A stretch of 64,000 nt of DNA from positions 1-64,000 of the forward strand of contig JBNGIO010005627.1 in NCBI GenBank assembly GCA_049999805.1, given 5' to 3'. Under the pieces are notes generated by a model. That model ran no database searches. It was given only the letters and a program-made list of their open reading frames with translations, and was not told the DNA's origin. Below are positions 49,301-61,084 of the stretch, piece by piece; within the stretch, counting starts at the first letter, position 1, and the number at the start of each line of letters is the position of its first letter. A program made the position numbers and the translations under genes. Source of the stretch: Folioceros fuciformis. Taxonomy: Eukaryota.

Positions 49301-52300
49301 ACGTTCCATCCGTTGTCATCGTGATGAGATTTCCGTACTGATCACTTAGTTGCACTGCCAGTGCATATCCAACTGCAGCAGTCTGATTTTGAAGGCCCGA
49401 GCCAGTCGCCTCGCTCATCTCCACTGCCCAGCTTGCTGGTGTGTAGGACAGCAACAAATAAAACGTCATGAATGACAAAGTTGTGTGTTTCATGCATTGT
49501 AAAGAAAGCAACCTGCACTGTAGGATTAGCAATAAGCTGAGATGGATGAGTGACCACCTGGAGAAACCAGCAGTCCATATGGTCCCCCTCCAATCCTTGT
49601 CCCGAAGAGGGTAACAAACAAAGTATAATCACCAGCGTCTGTCACATTCAGTAAAGCGAGGAAGCTCCCTGCAGCTGCCTTCTGGAGATGCGCTTGGAAG
49701 TATGCAGAACCAATATTGGGCTGTGGAATGACCTCCACAGCAAAGTCAAAATCGACTGCTGAGGGCGAATTGCCCCTGGCGTCATACGCATGTATAGTCA
49801 CGGAGGTTGTTTCCCCTGCCTGCACATGGGCACTTGCTGGTGAAACAAATGCCCTGCAGTAAGATGCTCGCACTCCCCCTGCAGTTTCTCTGACATTCAA
49901 TGCCTGACCAGCAGTAGGTCGAATCTGTAAACGAACATGAGATGAACAAGGTGGAGAAAGTACCAGACTGTACGACATAAATTGAAAAAGGACTACCAAT
50001 CAAATCTGCACCAAGATATTTCACGGTGATTTTGTATGTGCCAGTACTACTTGTGGTGTAACTTGCGCTGTATAATCCGCTTCTCAGGTCAGTAAAACTA
50101 GTAAGCACGGCATTCCCTGGGCCAGAGACAGCAAGGCTCAGTAACTGCTCCTTCTCAGTAACATCATTGCCAAAGAGATCCAGTAAGTGCACCACAATTT
50201 CGTTCGTCAGGCTCACTGTTGCCAAGCGAGAAAGACCCTCTCCAGTTGCATAGGACACACTCAAGTCCACAATTCCTGCAAATCCAGTGGAGCACAAAAC
50301 GTGTCTTACTTATTGTTCTGGCCCACGTGTACCAGTTTACACGGAAGAATTAGTCCAACACAATTGAGGGCAACTAGTTCAAGTCGTACCAGTCGTCACA
50401 TTGAACTTAAATGGAGATCCTTGAATTTGCGTTGTTCTGTCTCCCACATACAGGAGGTAGTCTCCCCTGTTCTCAAGTATGAAGCTGATGACAATATCGT
50501 CAGACTGCTTCTGAACGTTCAAACGAACAAGGTCTAGAAATTTCTTTGGGCTTTCACGTTTGGCCACCGTAACTACCCACATATTGGTTGCCACATTGCC
50601 AAGAACATTGTTCCAAGCATCCCTTGGTGAAACAATAAACACCCCTTCGTCACCCGCGATGATCTCTAATGTATCATTTAGCCAATGCCCTATGCAAAAG
50701 GGAAGATACAGCGATCCTGAATATGAACGGAACTTGGTGAGCACTAGCCATCAGAGTCCAGCACTACATGATGAAATCCAGTGAGTGTGACCCCTGAATC
50801 ACTTCAGACAAACCTGCTGAGTAGGAGAACACAAATGGAGAGCCTAGAATAGGAGTGAAAGGCTGGTCAGGACTCCCAACTTGAATAATGTACTGATTAG
50901 GGACAGTCAGGGTGAAGGTGATCAGCTGTGAACCTTGCTCTAATATGCCGTATGGGGTCATCTTAACTGTAGATGAGGTATTCACAAGTCCGTTCGAGGT
51001 AGCAATCCATACTAGAAAGTTGTAGTAGCCAGAGCTGCCAGGTACAACATTCCCATATCTATCCCTTTGAAACACTAGCAGGCGACCGAGCATACCCGCT
51101 GCAAAATTGTTCTGCTGGTTCAACCACAACCCTGTGCAGCTCTGCACCGAAATAGGTCCTACAGAATCAACGGTTTTTTTCCCAAGTTTAGGGTTTAGAC
51201 CAATGTAAATATGCAACTCGCTCACGACATAAACAAGCAAGAAAAACCTGGTATCAAATGAATAGTGAACGGACTCCTTGGGATACCAGTCGTGTTTATT
51301 CCAACAGCACTAACAACAAACATGACCATGGTTGAGCCTGTGATGGGAATCCTCTGGAATGAGTACTGAATGGTTGCGTAACCGGAGTAGTAACTCACAT
51401 TTACCGGTACAGTGACAGGGTTAAAATATACATCCAAAGTTCCCGATGGATAGGGATTCTTGTACATGTCATACAGACTGACACTAAATTGCTGCAGCAT
51501 TCCTACGACCCCACCTGGAGAAGAACATGAACACAGATGAGGTATTTTGGCAATAAAATATTTGAAGCAGATTCAAGGAACGATCTGACTAGACAACCTT
51601 ACCTTGTAACCCATCCCCTGATGCAAAGCAGTATGGGACATAAATTGGGCCTGCATGGAGATGAGCCAGGATTAGAGAAAACTTGAAGGATGGCATCCTT
51701 CATGCGTGTTTACAAAGCTTTATACAGCAGATACTTTGCCCTGCCTGCAACGGTGACATTTCAACCCATGTCTGACATACCTGCCAACACAGTTCTGTTA
51801 TATGTCCTGGCAATCTCTCCTTGTACGCCAATCAACAAGGGTATTTGTCTACTGTCTGAGGCAGTAACTTGTAGTGAGTAAATGCCTACCGTGTACAAGA
51901 CATATGAAACATGGAACAACCCAAGCGATGCAGGGACGGCTGAGACATTCACTCCTTTCACTTCTGTTTGCTTGTTGGCTTTCACTGTGAATGTTCTCAC
52001 AACCAGATGTATAGAAGCTGAGTCACCAGCTGGGTTGTCATATGAGTCCACAAACTGTACGTCAAAGGTTGTCACTGCTCCTGCGACTATATCATAAATG
52101 CCCGGTTGCAAAATGGTCCTGGTTGCATTAATTGGCCCTACACATTAAATTGCACAGTATGTCTATTTCTCATTCCATGATCCCTATTGGAGATACGAGT
52201 TGGAATTCAAACGCTCTTGGACTCGTGTGCCCTAACGAAGTACCTGAGGTGCAAGTGAAAGAGAAGGGAGACCCGCGTACGGTTAAGAAGTCTTTATCCA

Positions 52301-55300
52301 AGATCACAAGTTGCAAGGTCCCAGCTTCAGTGATCGTAAAAGAAATGGTAAAGTTATTGCTTGCTGTTGATGAAGGAGCTGACGGTTTGATCTCCATGTC
52401 ATCAGTCGGCACAGCACTTTCGAAGCCGCCCACGACCTTGTACACAGAAGGAGAAAGTTTGCGGTAGTATTGGCTGTCGATCGATAGAGGAACAGGATTT
52501 CCAAGTGCATCGTTTTGGAAGAGGATGAAATAGACCACTGATCCGGCTACATATGTGACTTCCTTTTGAGAAAAAACTCCTGTGCAACTGGTTGTTGAGA
52601 CAGCACCTGCCCAATTCGAACTGAGTTCAGTCATCACCATTTTAAAACTCCTTCAGGATCTTCACCCTCAGGCTTAAACTATACGACTGCATTGAAAGCA
52701 TTGTCACCGTATTTTGCACTGAACCTCACAGGTTACCTTTTACATTGAAGAGAAATGGCGACCCCATAATATAGTTCTTGCCACTTCCGACTTGCAAATG
52801 AAAGTTGTTGCCCGGGTACACTGGGTAGAAGGAGGCAGTGTGATATCCAGACCCATCCTGTGGTGGGTATACAGTTACTGGAACAGCTGTTGGCATGGTC
52901 TCTAAGATCAGAGCTGAAAAGTTAACACTAGGCTTCTGCACGCCAGTGGCAACGCTGACAACATTCCCAAAGGTGTCCACAGCTTGAATTTTCAAGATAG
53001 CTTCATCACCAGGGTTGAAGGTGCTCTTGTTGTCGAACCAAAATCCAGTACTTGCCGTAACCGATACGTCACCTGCAATATGACCAGAATAAACTTCACC
53101 ACGTGCTAGCAGCGTAAGCAATGCTCTCCCGTCCCTCTCTTTGCTGACAATGTATGAATTTTGGTCGCGTTCCCTAACTGACCTGCAAACACGGTGAACG
53201 CAAAGGGAGCTCCTCTAATACTCCTGTTCGACTCTTGAACCTGCAACAGAAATTGGCCTGCTACTTGAGGGATAAACTCAACAACAGCACGGCCATAGTA
53301 CTCTAGCTTGAATGTTTGTCCACTATAGCCATGCACATACAGACTTGGCACTGGCAGCAACGGCCACATTGTTGGATAGAGGGTGATATTTATCATCCTT
53401 TCAACTTGGTGCAACCTGTCAGACGTGAGCTGCAGTCTGTTGCCAAACTTATCAGCTAGAATGACGTAGAAGTATGCTGTTGCACCAGCAGTGATTTTGT
53501 TGCTTTCCCATTGTCCAGTGCAGCTGGGAACGTAAACTGAAGGACCTGTATCCACCGAGTCACTATTGAGCCCAGAAGTTGCGCACAAGGGTGGGCTTTA
53601 GAAGGTCCTTACTGTCAGTTGTGAACAGATCCAAGGGGGAATGCTGGAACTCGGCATCAGAGTTTCCCACGTGAAGCTTGTACAGGCTATTGGATACGTT
53701 GGGTGCAAGCAAAGAGAGTCTCTGAAATCCTGGAACAACTGCATAATCAGTCCAGGTCAAGGAGCTGAAAAGCATTTCACAATGACCCAAAGTAGACAGC
53801 ATACAGATGCCTACCGTCAGAACTGTTATTCAACACATTGAGGATGGGTGTGGACACAATCCTCCCATCAATTCGCTTGATTACAGCTTTCCATGGGAAA
53901 TTCAGCATTTTCAAAGACGAACTAACAGTTACTACATTACCCGTGGCATCAACTAGCCTGACTTTGACATATATCAAAGCCCCAGGGAAGAAAGGGCCTT
54001 GCTGATCAAAGCTAACAGCACTTTGGGCCATCCAAACTTTACCTGCCAAGTAAAACATTCAAAGATGTATGTTCAGTCCTCCACTATGCCTCAAGCTCCA
54101 CCAATCCTTCTAGGGCAAGCATCTCATTACAGATTTGAACAACGTGCAACCTCCTTGTCCAGAGCACGACCTCAATGCTTGCCTAAATACTTGCAACTGA
54201 GTAGGGACTAGGACCCCCTGCTTGCACACCTGGAAGGACTGTAATTTGGAATGGACAGCCAGCGAGGGGATGGCCGTCCAAGGTAGTAGCATACAGTTGA
54301 TACAGACCCACCAATGGTGGAATAGAAATTGAAACCATCTGATCGATATGTGTTGCGTCCACTGATCTAAAAGTGTAAAGAGGATAAATTCGGAGACCAT
54401 CTTTAACAAGGTAGCAAGTCCAAGCTGCAGTGGCTCCAACTAAATTGGAGTAAAAATCCATTTGGGTAATGCCCAAGTACATATAGTTATCATCTGCAGT
54501 GACCGTTTTCTTGGTAGTATGGGCAACGGATGTTGGACCATACACTGCATCTGCATGCTTCATCAAAGGAGTTAAATTGTTGGTTTAACAAGACGTGAGC
54601 AAGATCTGTCCCAAGTCAACATATATGCAACTGCATACAACCATCTTACCAGGAATGACAGTGAACGGATATGGAGAATTGGAAATTTGGATGCTAGAAG
54701 TTCCCACACGGATCCGGAAAGTTCTGGCAATGACTGGAATGAAGGATATCAAGAGCGACACATTGTCTTGACCTATTAGAACACTGATTGGCGGGATGCT
54801 TTCATACAAGTAAAAGTCCCAGATCTTTGTGCCTGCTGTGAAATCCTCAAGTATCTGGTTTGTAGCGTTCACAGCGTTGAAGTTTGAGTCCAAAAGGAAC
54901 AGAGTAAAGAGCATCTTATTTCCAGCGATGATCTGAGATGTTTCAGCTTCTATAAGAGAAGTAGATACAGAAAGCGGGCCTGTGAATGCATACAAACCTG
55001 TCAACCTGTCAAACCATGCATAAAAACCCACTGAAGCCCCGTATGCTGCTAATTTCGTAATGATATACAAAAACATCGTCATCTTACCAGCAATAACACT
55101 AAACTTCACAGGTGCACCATCCGGATACTGATCCAGGGCGCCCAAGTTCAGTGTGTAATTGCCAGCACAGCTGGTTCGGAATGTAAGGGTCAATTGTCCG
55201 TCAAGGGTTGGAGGATGAGAAATGAGCCCATTGGCATTCAGGGAGTCTACTCCACGAGAAGACGTGCCACTGAACCCATAGATCCATTGCCAGCTGTTGG

Positions 55301-56581
55301 TGCTGGGTCGCCCAGTGGTGTGATACCCTACCTTATTCCCATATGCATCATAGAAGTCAACAGTAAACACTACATAATCGCCTGCAACCAGCTCAAAACG
55401 GCTCAGCGTCTTCACCTCACTCTTCGACAACACGATATCACCTGTTCCACCAAAATTGGCAAGTTTGTGTACGGCCGTAGCTGTGTATGGGCTAACTACC
55501 AAGAGATACATCAGCAAAATACAACTTCAGGGTTCCAAGCATCGTATAGCCTGAAACTCTTCAGGCAGCGCTGACAATGCCTGTGGAAGGACTGAAAGGC
55601 CCTGTCCACTGATACATACAACGACTCCAACATCCATGCCCCAAATTCGGAATCAAGACCATACAAGCAGAATTCTTAGCACCACATTCGAATGCAACCA
55701 GCAAGACTTTCTAAGATAATTCCTTGACAATGGAAACCATATAGAATTGTAGAATGTTGCCTTGAGCTAGCCCGAAATCAGACACATGCTGCATTTGAGG
55801 AATGAAGCCGCGGGGTATGGTATCCCAACCTGGGTTGATCACCTGCCAGAAACTTGATGTTCAAATATGCACCCAAGTCCACGTAAGGCGGGTCCCCTGC
55901 CGAAGAAGATCCTGCAACAGTCAGGGTCCACCTCCAAGTATCATAAAAGGAGGCAAGTTGGTTTCTTGCTACACAGGTTGCAGTGGCGGCCGTATCCTTG
56001 CCCATGTCAAAAGCAAAACTACAGGCCAAGCCTCCAATGTCATTCTGGTCCGCTCCATGATCCAGAACCGCCAGAGAGCGCCTATTAAAGATGGAAGACA
56101 TGTTGAAATCAAATGAGTTCCCAGTGCTCGAGGTGGACGGCTTCGCACAGACATTGTACTCATGGTTGCAGGTGATTCCTGAGCCAAGGTTCTGGTGGAC
56201 AGTATCGGCTGGGCACGAAGTGTCGTAGTAAACCGGAAAGGTAAAAGTGAATGCTTGGCCAATTCTGACTGGAGCCCAGCCTGGATATTCATGAGGTAGT
56301 TGTTGCTTCATACAAAAATTGGCGCGATTGAAGATATAACTAGCATCACAAACTTCCTCAGCAGACGTAGCAGGCCCAGCACGAATTAGAGGACACGCCG
56401 AGACACAGCCGCCTGCAAAGGCACAATTGAATTGATCAACTTCACAACTACAAGGTACTGAGACTACCCACCAAGTCGCAAATCAAGTAAGGTACTCACA
56501 ATGGCTCCTGCTACGCTTGTGGTTCAGAGCGCTGCACGCTATGAAAATAAGACATATGGCAACCCTCCCAGCGACATGCAT
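46345..56581 (-). CDS. GEX2: GEX2/FUS1-like single-pass membrane protein with about 15 filamin/Ig-like modules, more than 25 exons
   Basis: Signal-like start MHVAGRVAICLIFIAC; repeated DxxGN...G.Y.L.V....I.GSPF...V..G modules; GEX2 C-terminal hallmarks PVNDPP, ISVGDPD and VNDLGNFGCIGDC (~47210-47260); TM helix GFIVGISVGSVGSCVVMLVLLFLC followed by RRHNR; acidic cytoplasmic tail. Confidence 0.85.
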
Positions 56582-57015
56582 CTGAAATTGTTTCAGAGAT
56601 TGTCAAAGTTGTTATGTTGTGGCCGACCACCAGAACTCCATCCCCCATTCTCCCGGAGCTTCATGATCGACAGAAGGATCATGAAGCTCCAGGACGATGA
56701 AGATGGGAGTGCAAAAACCCAAAAGACCAATTTCTGCCAAGCCCGCCGTCGTCGCAAACAGTTAATTTGGACCTCCGCAAGTACCGCAAAGTTCCAAATG
56801 AGCGTCACCTGAGATTCGAAACCTAAGCCAAGGTCCGGATGATGCAATGTCTGGCTCTTGCGCCACACGTGGGAGACATGGGCTTTGGAGTTTTGTGTCG
56901 GAATTTAAGTTTGTAGGATGTCCGGGGGTTACACGTGATGGATGACCTGTGACGTGGTCGCAAACGCTGGCGCTGATTTAGCTCTTCAGACGTGTTCACA
57001 AGGGTTCAATAATAT

Positions 57016-59814
57016 ATGGCGGGAAGGCTAGGTGTGGTTCATGTCTACATATTTCCACTCAGCTGTAGGCTAAGGTTGGAAGGAGTCACGTTTCTGAGAA
57101 TGTCTTTGCTACCAAGTTGTGGATGGGTAGCTGCCAGATACGGCAGCACGGCACGAGAGAGATGCAGTACAAAGGATTCTGTGGTTGATTCCAAGGTGGT
57201 ACTTGATGTAGCGAGCCTATGCCAAGAGGATCGGCTGGACAATGCCCTCCTTGCCCTGGTCCGCATGGACCAACTGGGCATGGTGCCTTCGGTTGACATG
57301 TATAAACAGCTTCTACAGGCTTGTGCCAAGAGAAAGGGAAAGGCTCTCGCCCAGGCCAAGCAGGTACACGCGCATTTGGTTAGAAACGGGTTAGAGTTGG
57401 ACACCGTATTAGGGGACTTTGTGGTTACCACTCTGGTTAATTGTGGAAGTTTTGCAGATGGCTTCCAGCTATTTCAGAGGTTGTCACACCGAACTGTTCA
57501 CTGTTGGACAGCCATCATCTCGGCCTATGTCAACGCTGATGAGTGCCAGCAAGCCTTATCATGCTATCAGAAAATGCAGGAGGAAGGTGTGGAACCCAAC
57601 CAATACACATTTGTGAGCCTTCTGAGAGCGTGCAGCAAATTAGAAGATCTGGAGGAGGGTAGGCGGATTCACAGCCATGCTCTGAAGCTTGGATTTGAGT
57701 CTGACGTGTTTGTGGGTAGCATTTCCGTCAGTATGTATGCAAAGTGTGGGAGCATTATGGATGCTCAACAGGTTTTTGATCGGTTGCCTGTGCGCAATGT
57801 TGTCTCATGGAATGCAATGTTGGCAGCTTATGCTCAGCAAAACCAAGGAGAAAAAGCGTGGCATATCTATGAGCGGATGCTGGAGGAAGGAGTCAGACCC
57901 GATTCTCGAACCTTTGTCAGTGCGTTGCAATCCTGTGGCTTGCTTGCCGAGAATGAAGACAGTGCACTGTCAGATGGCCACTCTGCCAAGGTTGACATAC
58001 TGAGGAAAGGGAAAGCGATCCATGCTGCAGCCACTGCCAGGGGTTTTGACTCAGATGTTTTTCTGGGTAGCACTCTGGTGAGTATGTATGCCAAGTGTGG
58101 AAGCATTATGGACGCTCAACAGGCCTTTGATTGTTTGTCTCAGCACAACGTAGTGTCATGGAATGCACTCCTTTCAGCGTATGCTCAGCAGAACCATGGA
58201 GAAAGAGCCTTGGAGGTTTATTCTCAAATGCAGAATGAGGGCGTGCAGCCAGATGCTTGGACATTTGTGAGTGCCCTTAATGCATGTGGCACACTTGGAG
58301 AACAGGAGGAAAGCGCACTGGATGGGCTGAGTGTGAAGGTGTGCTCACTGAGGAAGGGAAAGGAAATACATGCTGCAGCCACGGCCAGTGGTTTTCGATC
58401 GGACATTTTCCTGTGTAACACTCTTGTGACTATGTATGCAAAGTGTGGGAGCATCATGGATGCGGAGCAGGTTTTCAACACGTTGTCTGAACGTAACGTG
58501 GTCTCATGGAATGCCATGCTTGCAGCTTATGCTCAGCAGGGTCAAGGAGACAAGGCCCTGGAGACTTACCTGCAAATGCAAGAGGAAGGAGTGAGACCAG
58601 ATACGCGAACCTTTGTCAGCGCTCTTCAAGGATGTGCCAGCTTAGCAGAAAATGAGGAAAGTACATTCATAGATGGGCAATTGGTGAAGGCCGAGACTCT
58701 GAAACAGGGCAAACGTGTGCACGCTGCAGCTTCTGTGCTGGGATTTGACCTTGATGTTTTTGTTAACAGCAGTTTGGTCAGTATGTACGCAAAGTGTGGA
58801 AGCCTTCTGGATGCACAAGGGGTGTTCGATAAAATGCCAGTGCGTAATGTAGTCTCGTGGTCGGGTATGATTTCTGCCTTCATTCAGCATGAGCAAGGAG
58901 AAAAAGCATTGCAGATTTACGGGCAGATGCTGGAGTCAGGCGTGCAGTTGGAAGAGGCAACATATATCTCTGTTCTGGAAGCATGCAGCAGTACAGGGGC
59001 CTTAGGTATCTGTGAGCAAACTCACAGAAGAATTGTGGAAAGTGGATTGGAGTGCAGTCTGTCTCTGGCAACCAGTCTGATTCATGCCTATGGCAAGTGT
59101 GGGAGCATGGCTGATGCTCAGCGTGTATTTGACTCGCTATCTGAGCTGGATGTGGTGTCCTGGACGGCACTAATGGCTGGGTACTCCCGTCTAGGCCTTT
59201 GTGAAATGAGTATGAAATGTTATGATGAAATGTGTGGTGCAGGCTTGCAACCCAACAGGGTGACGTTCTTGGCACTCCTATCTGCCTGCAGTCATGCCGG
59301 CATGGTAGAAAAAGGTGTTGCATACTTTGAAAGTATGACCAGCGATTATGGCATTCCTGCAGACCTTGAGCATTATGCTTGTGTGATAGACGTAGTTGGC
59401 CGGGCAGGCCTCCTTGAGAAGGCGGAACATCTTTTGTCACAAATGCCAATGCAGCCGGATCTGCCTGTGTGGTTGTGCTTGTTGAGTGCCTGCCGCAAAC
59501 ATGGTAATCTGGCAGTGGGGCGGCTAGCCTTTGATGGTGCTATCCAACTAGAGCCTAGACAAGCTGCAGCTTACGTGCTCATGTCTAGCATGTATGCTGA
59601 TGCTGGCATGAGCCATAAAGCAAAGGAGATTGATGAGTTGAGACGAAGGGCAGGTGCATGGAAGGAGCCCGGAAGAAGCTGGATTGAGCATGAGAAAGAA
59701 GTGCACTCTTTTCTGGTGGGAGACCGCAGGCACAAGCAAGAAGCAGCGCTGTATGAGCTGCTGGAAGAGTTGAGGACGAAGTTGAAAGTAGGAGCCCACT
59801 GTCTCAGGGCCTGA
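57016..59814 (+). CDS. PLS-class PPR protein, E+ subclass (no complete DYW), intronless; probable organellar RNA-editing specificity factor
   Basis: Repeated P-L-S triplets (LVSMYAKCGS..A..VF, VVSWNAM..AY, PD..TFVSAL.AC); E1/E2 motifs; PG box AWKEPGRSWIE..VHSFLVGD; stop precedes any HSE/CxxC. Alternative ATG at 57100. Confidence 0.95.
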   Translation: MAGRLGVVHVYIFPLSCRLRLEGVTFLRMSLLPSCGWVAARYGSTARERCSTKDSVVDSKVVLDVASLCQEDRLDNALLALVRMDQLGMVPSVDMYKQLLQACAKRKGKALAQAKQVHAHLVRNGLELDTVLGDFVVTTLVNCGSFADGFQLFQRLSHRTVHCWTAIISAYVNADECQQALSCYQKMQEEGVEPNQYTFVSLLRACSKLEDLEEGRRIHSHALKLGFESDVFVGSISVSMYAKCGSIMDAQQVFDRLPVRNVVSWNAMLAAYAQQNQGEKAWHIYERMLEEGVRPDSRTFVSALQSCGLLAENEDSALSDGHSAKVDILRKGKAIHAAATARGFDSDVFLGSTLVSMYAKCGSIMDAQQAFDCLSQHNVVSWNALLSAYAQQNHGERALEVYSQMQNEGVQPDAWTFVSALNACGTLGEQEESALDGLSVKVCSLRKGKEIHAAATASGFRSDIFLCNTLVTMYAKCGSIMDAEQVFNTLSERNVVSWNAMLAAYAQQGQGDKALETYLQMQEEGVRPDTRTFVSALQGCASLAENEESTFIDGQLVKAETLKQGKRVHAAASVLGFDLDVFVNSSLVSMYAKCGSLLDAQGVFDKMPVRNVVSWSGMISAFIQHEQGEKALQIYGQMLESGVQLEEATYISVLEACSSTGALGICEQTHRRIVESGLECSLSLATSLIHAYGKCGSMADAQRVFDSLSELDVVSWTALMAGYSRLGLCEMSMKCYDEMCGAGLQPNRVTFLALLSACSHAGMVEKGVAYFESMTSDYGIPADLEHYACVIDVVGRAGLLEKAEHLLSQMPMQPDLPVWLCLLSACRKHGNLAVGRLAFDGAIQLEPRQAAAYVLMSSMYADAGMSHKAKEIDELRRRAGAWKEPGRSWIEHEKEVHSFLVGDRRHKQEAALYELLEELRTKLKVGAHCLRA

Positions 59815-61084
59815 AGCAAGCCACGGTCTCCAGGTATTTTCTTCGCAGGTGATTGGAATAGGTCACGTGACTTAACCATCTTTGGTTCCATAACAACGCT
59901 TCACGTGGCAGGTTCTGTCTTCATCAAGACGGGTGCAGTGCGTGCCCAAATTGTCTTGACTCACATTGCTGGTTCCGTCACCCTTGAAGCAGCTTGCTCT
60001 TCTCGGAGGTTTCTGATGTAAGTGCCGTACCTTTGCTCTCTGTCCAATTGAAGTTATTATCAACTGTTTTGCACGGTGTCTGCGTTTGACACGCTTTCGA
60101 AAGCTAAGAAGACTCGGTTCAAAGGGTTTGACACAGGATAACCGACTGGGCGGGGCGGACGCATGTAGACCATCGTGGTGCTTACAAAGTCTGGTACTCA
60201 ACACTTGACCCAGCTCTCTTCTGTTCATTCTGCTCCATTCCAGAGTGTGAGAAGGAGATGAGGACAGACAGATGCGCAGTAGCACGGCCTTAAGGTACAG
60301 GAAGTATCTAGGGTATGGCTGACACTGTAGGATGGTCCAGTTCCAATGTTTCATCTCTTGGCCATGCAATCATCTGCTACTTGCTCGTTGCACTCTTGTT
60401 ATGACCCAGGTGGTGCAGTGTTAGGAACTTAATGCGTTTCCATCAACTGGCGTGGAATGAAGAGCATACTGGCCGACCTTACGGCTGTCATCATGGGGAG
60501 TTGCACTTGTCGTTCAGCCGTGCTCCATCATCATCCACGATTTGTATGGCAGGGCGGCATTACCCAACATGCGACAGTGACATTCTCTGGCCTCACAACA
60601 GAAGTTTGTTGAGGTCGTTCGCCTACAGCAGCTCGGGAGATCTACAGCCCATGCGACCCAAATGTGGGGAAGGATTATGTGTCCGCCACCAGTGGTGAGA
60701 ATCCCGTCGCTCGGACCCTTATAATGAAGTAGTAGACACTGAATACGCCATGTTGTCGAAACAACACATTTGCTGAGGATAACGATATCATGCAACCCTA
60801 GATTTGTCTCGCGTGAATCGTGACGACTCGAAGTTCCGTCTTTCATACTCACGTAACTGTCCACTGGTCCTGTCGAACCGACAAATGTGAAGGACGGGAA
60901 GGCTAAACGGTGATACGAAAAACTCCGCATACTTAAGTCCACGTGGCTGTCGTGGAAGGCGCCAGGTGCCAGGTGCCAGGGCGGTCGTCTTGCATGTTGG
61001 AAACCGGCTTGCTCGCGGCTCGCTGATGGCAGGCTATGAAGGCGAGCCGCGAGAATTGCGTCTCACGCAGTCCGCTCCGCCAGA

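Noticed and set aside
59815-60950. Detached DYW domain or separate gene downstream of the PPR
   Set aside because: No HSEK, CxDCH or DYW-like motif was seen, and the short ORFs have no recognisable homology.
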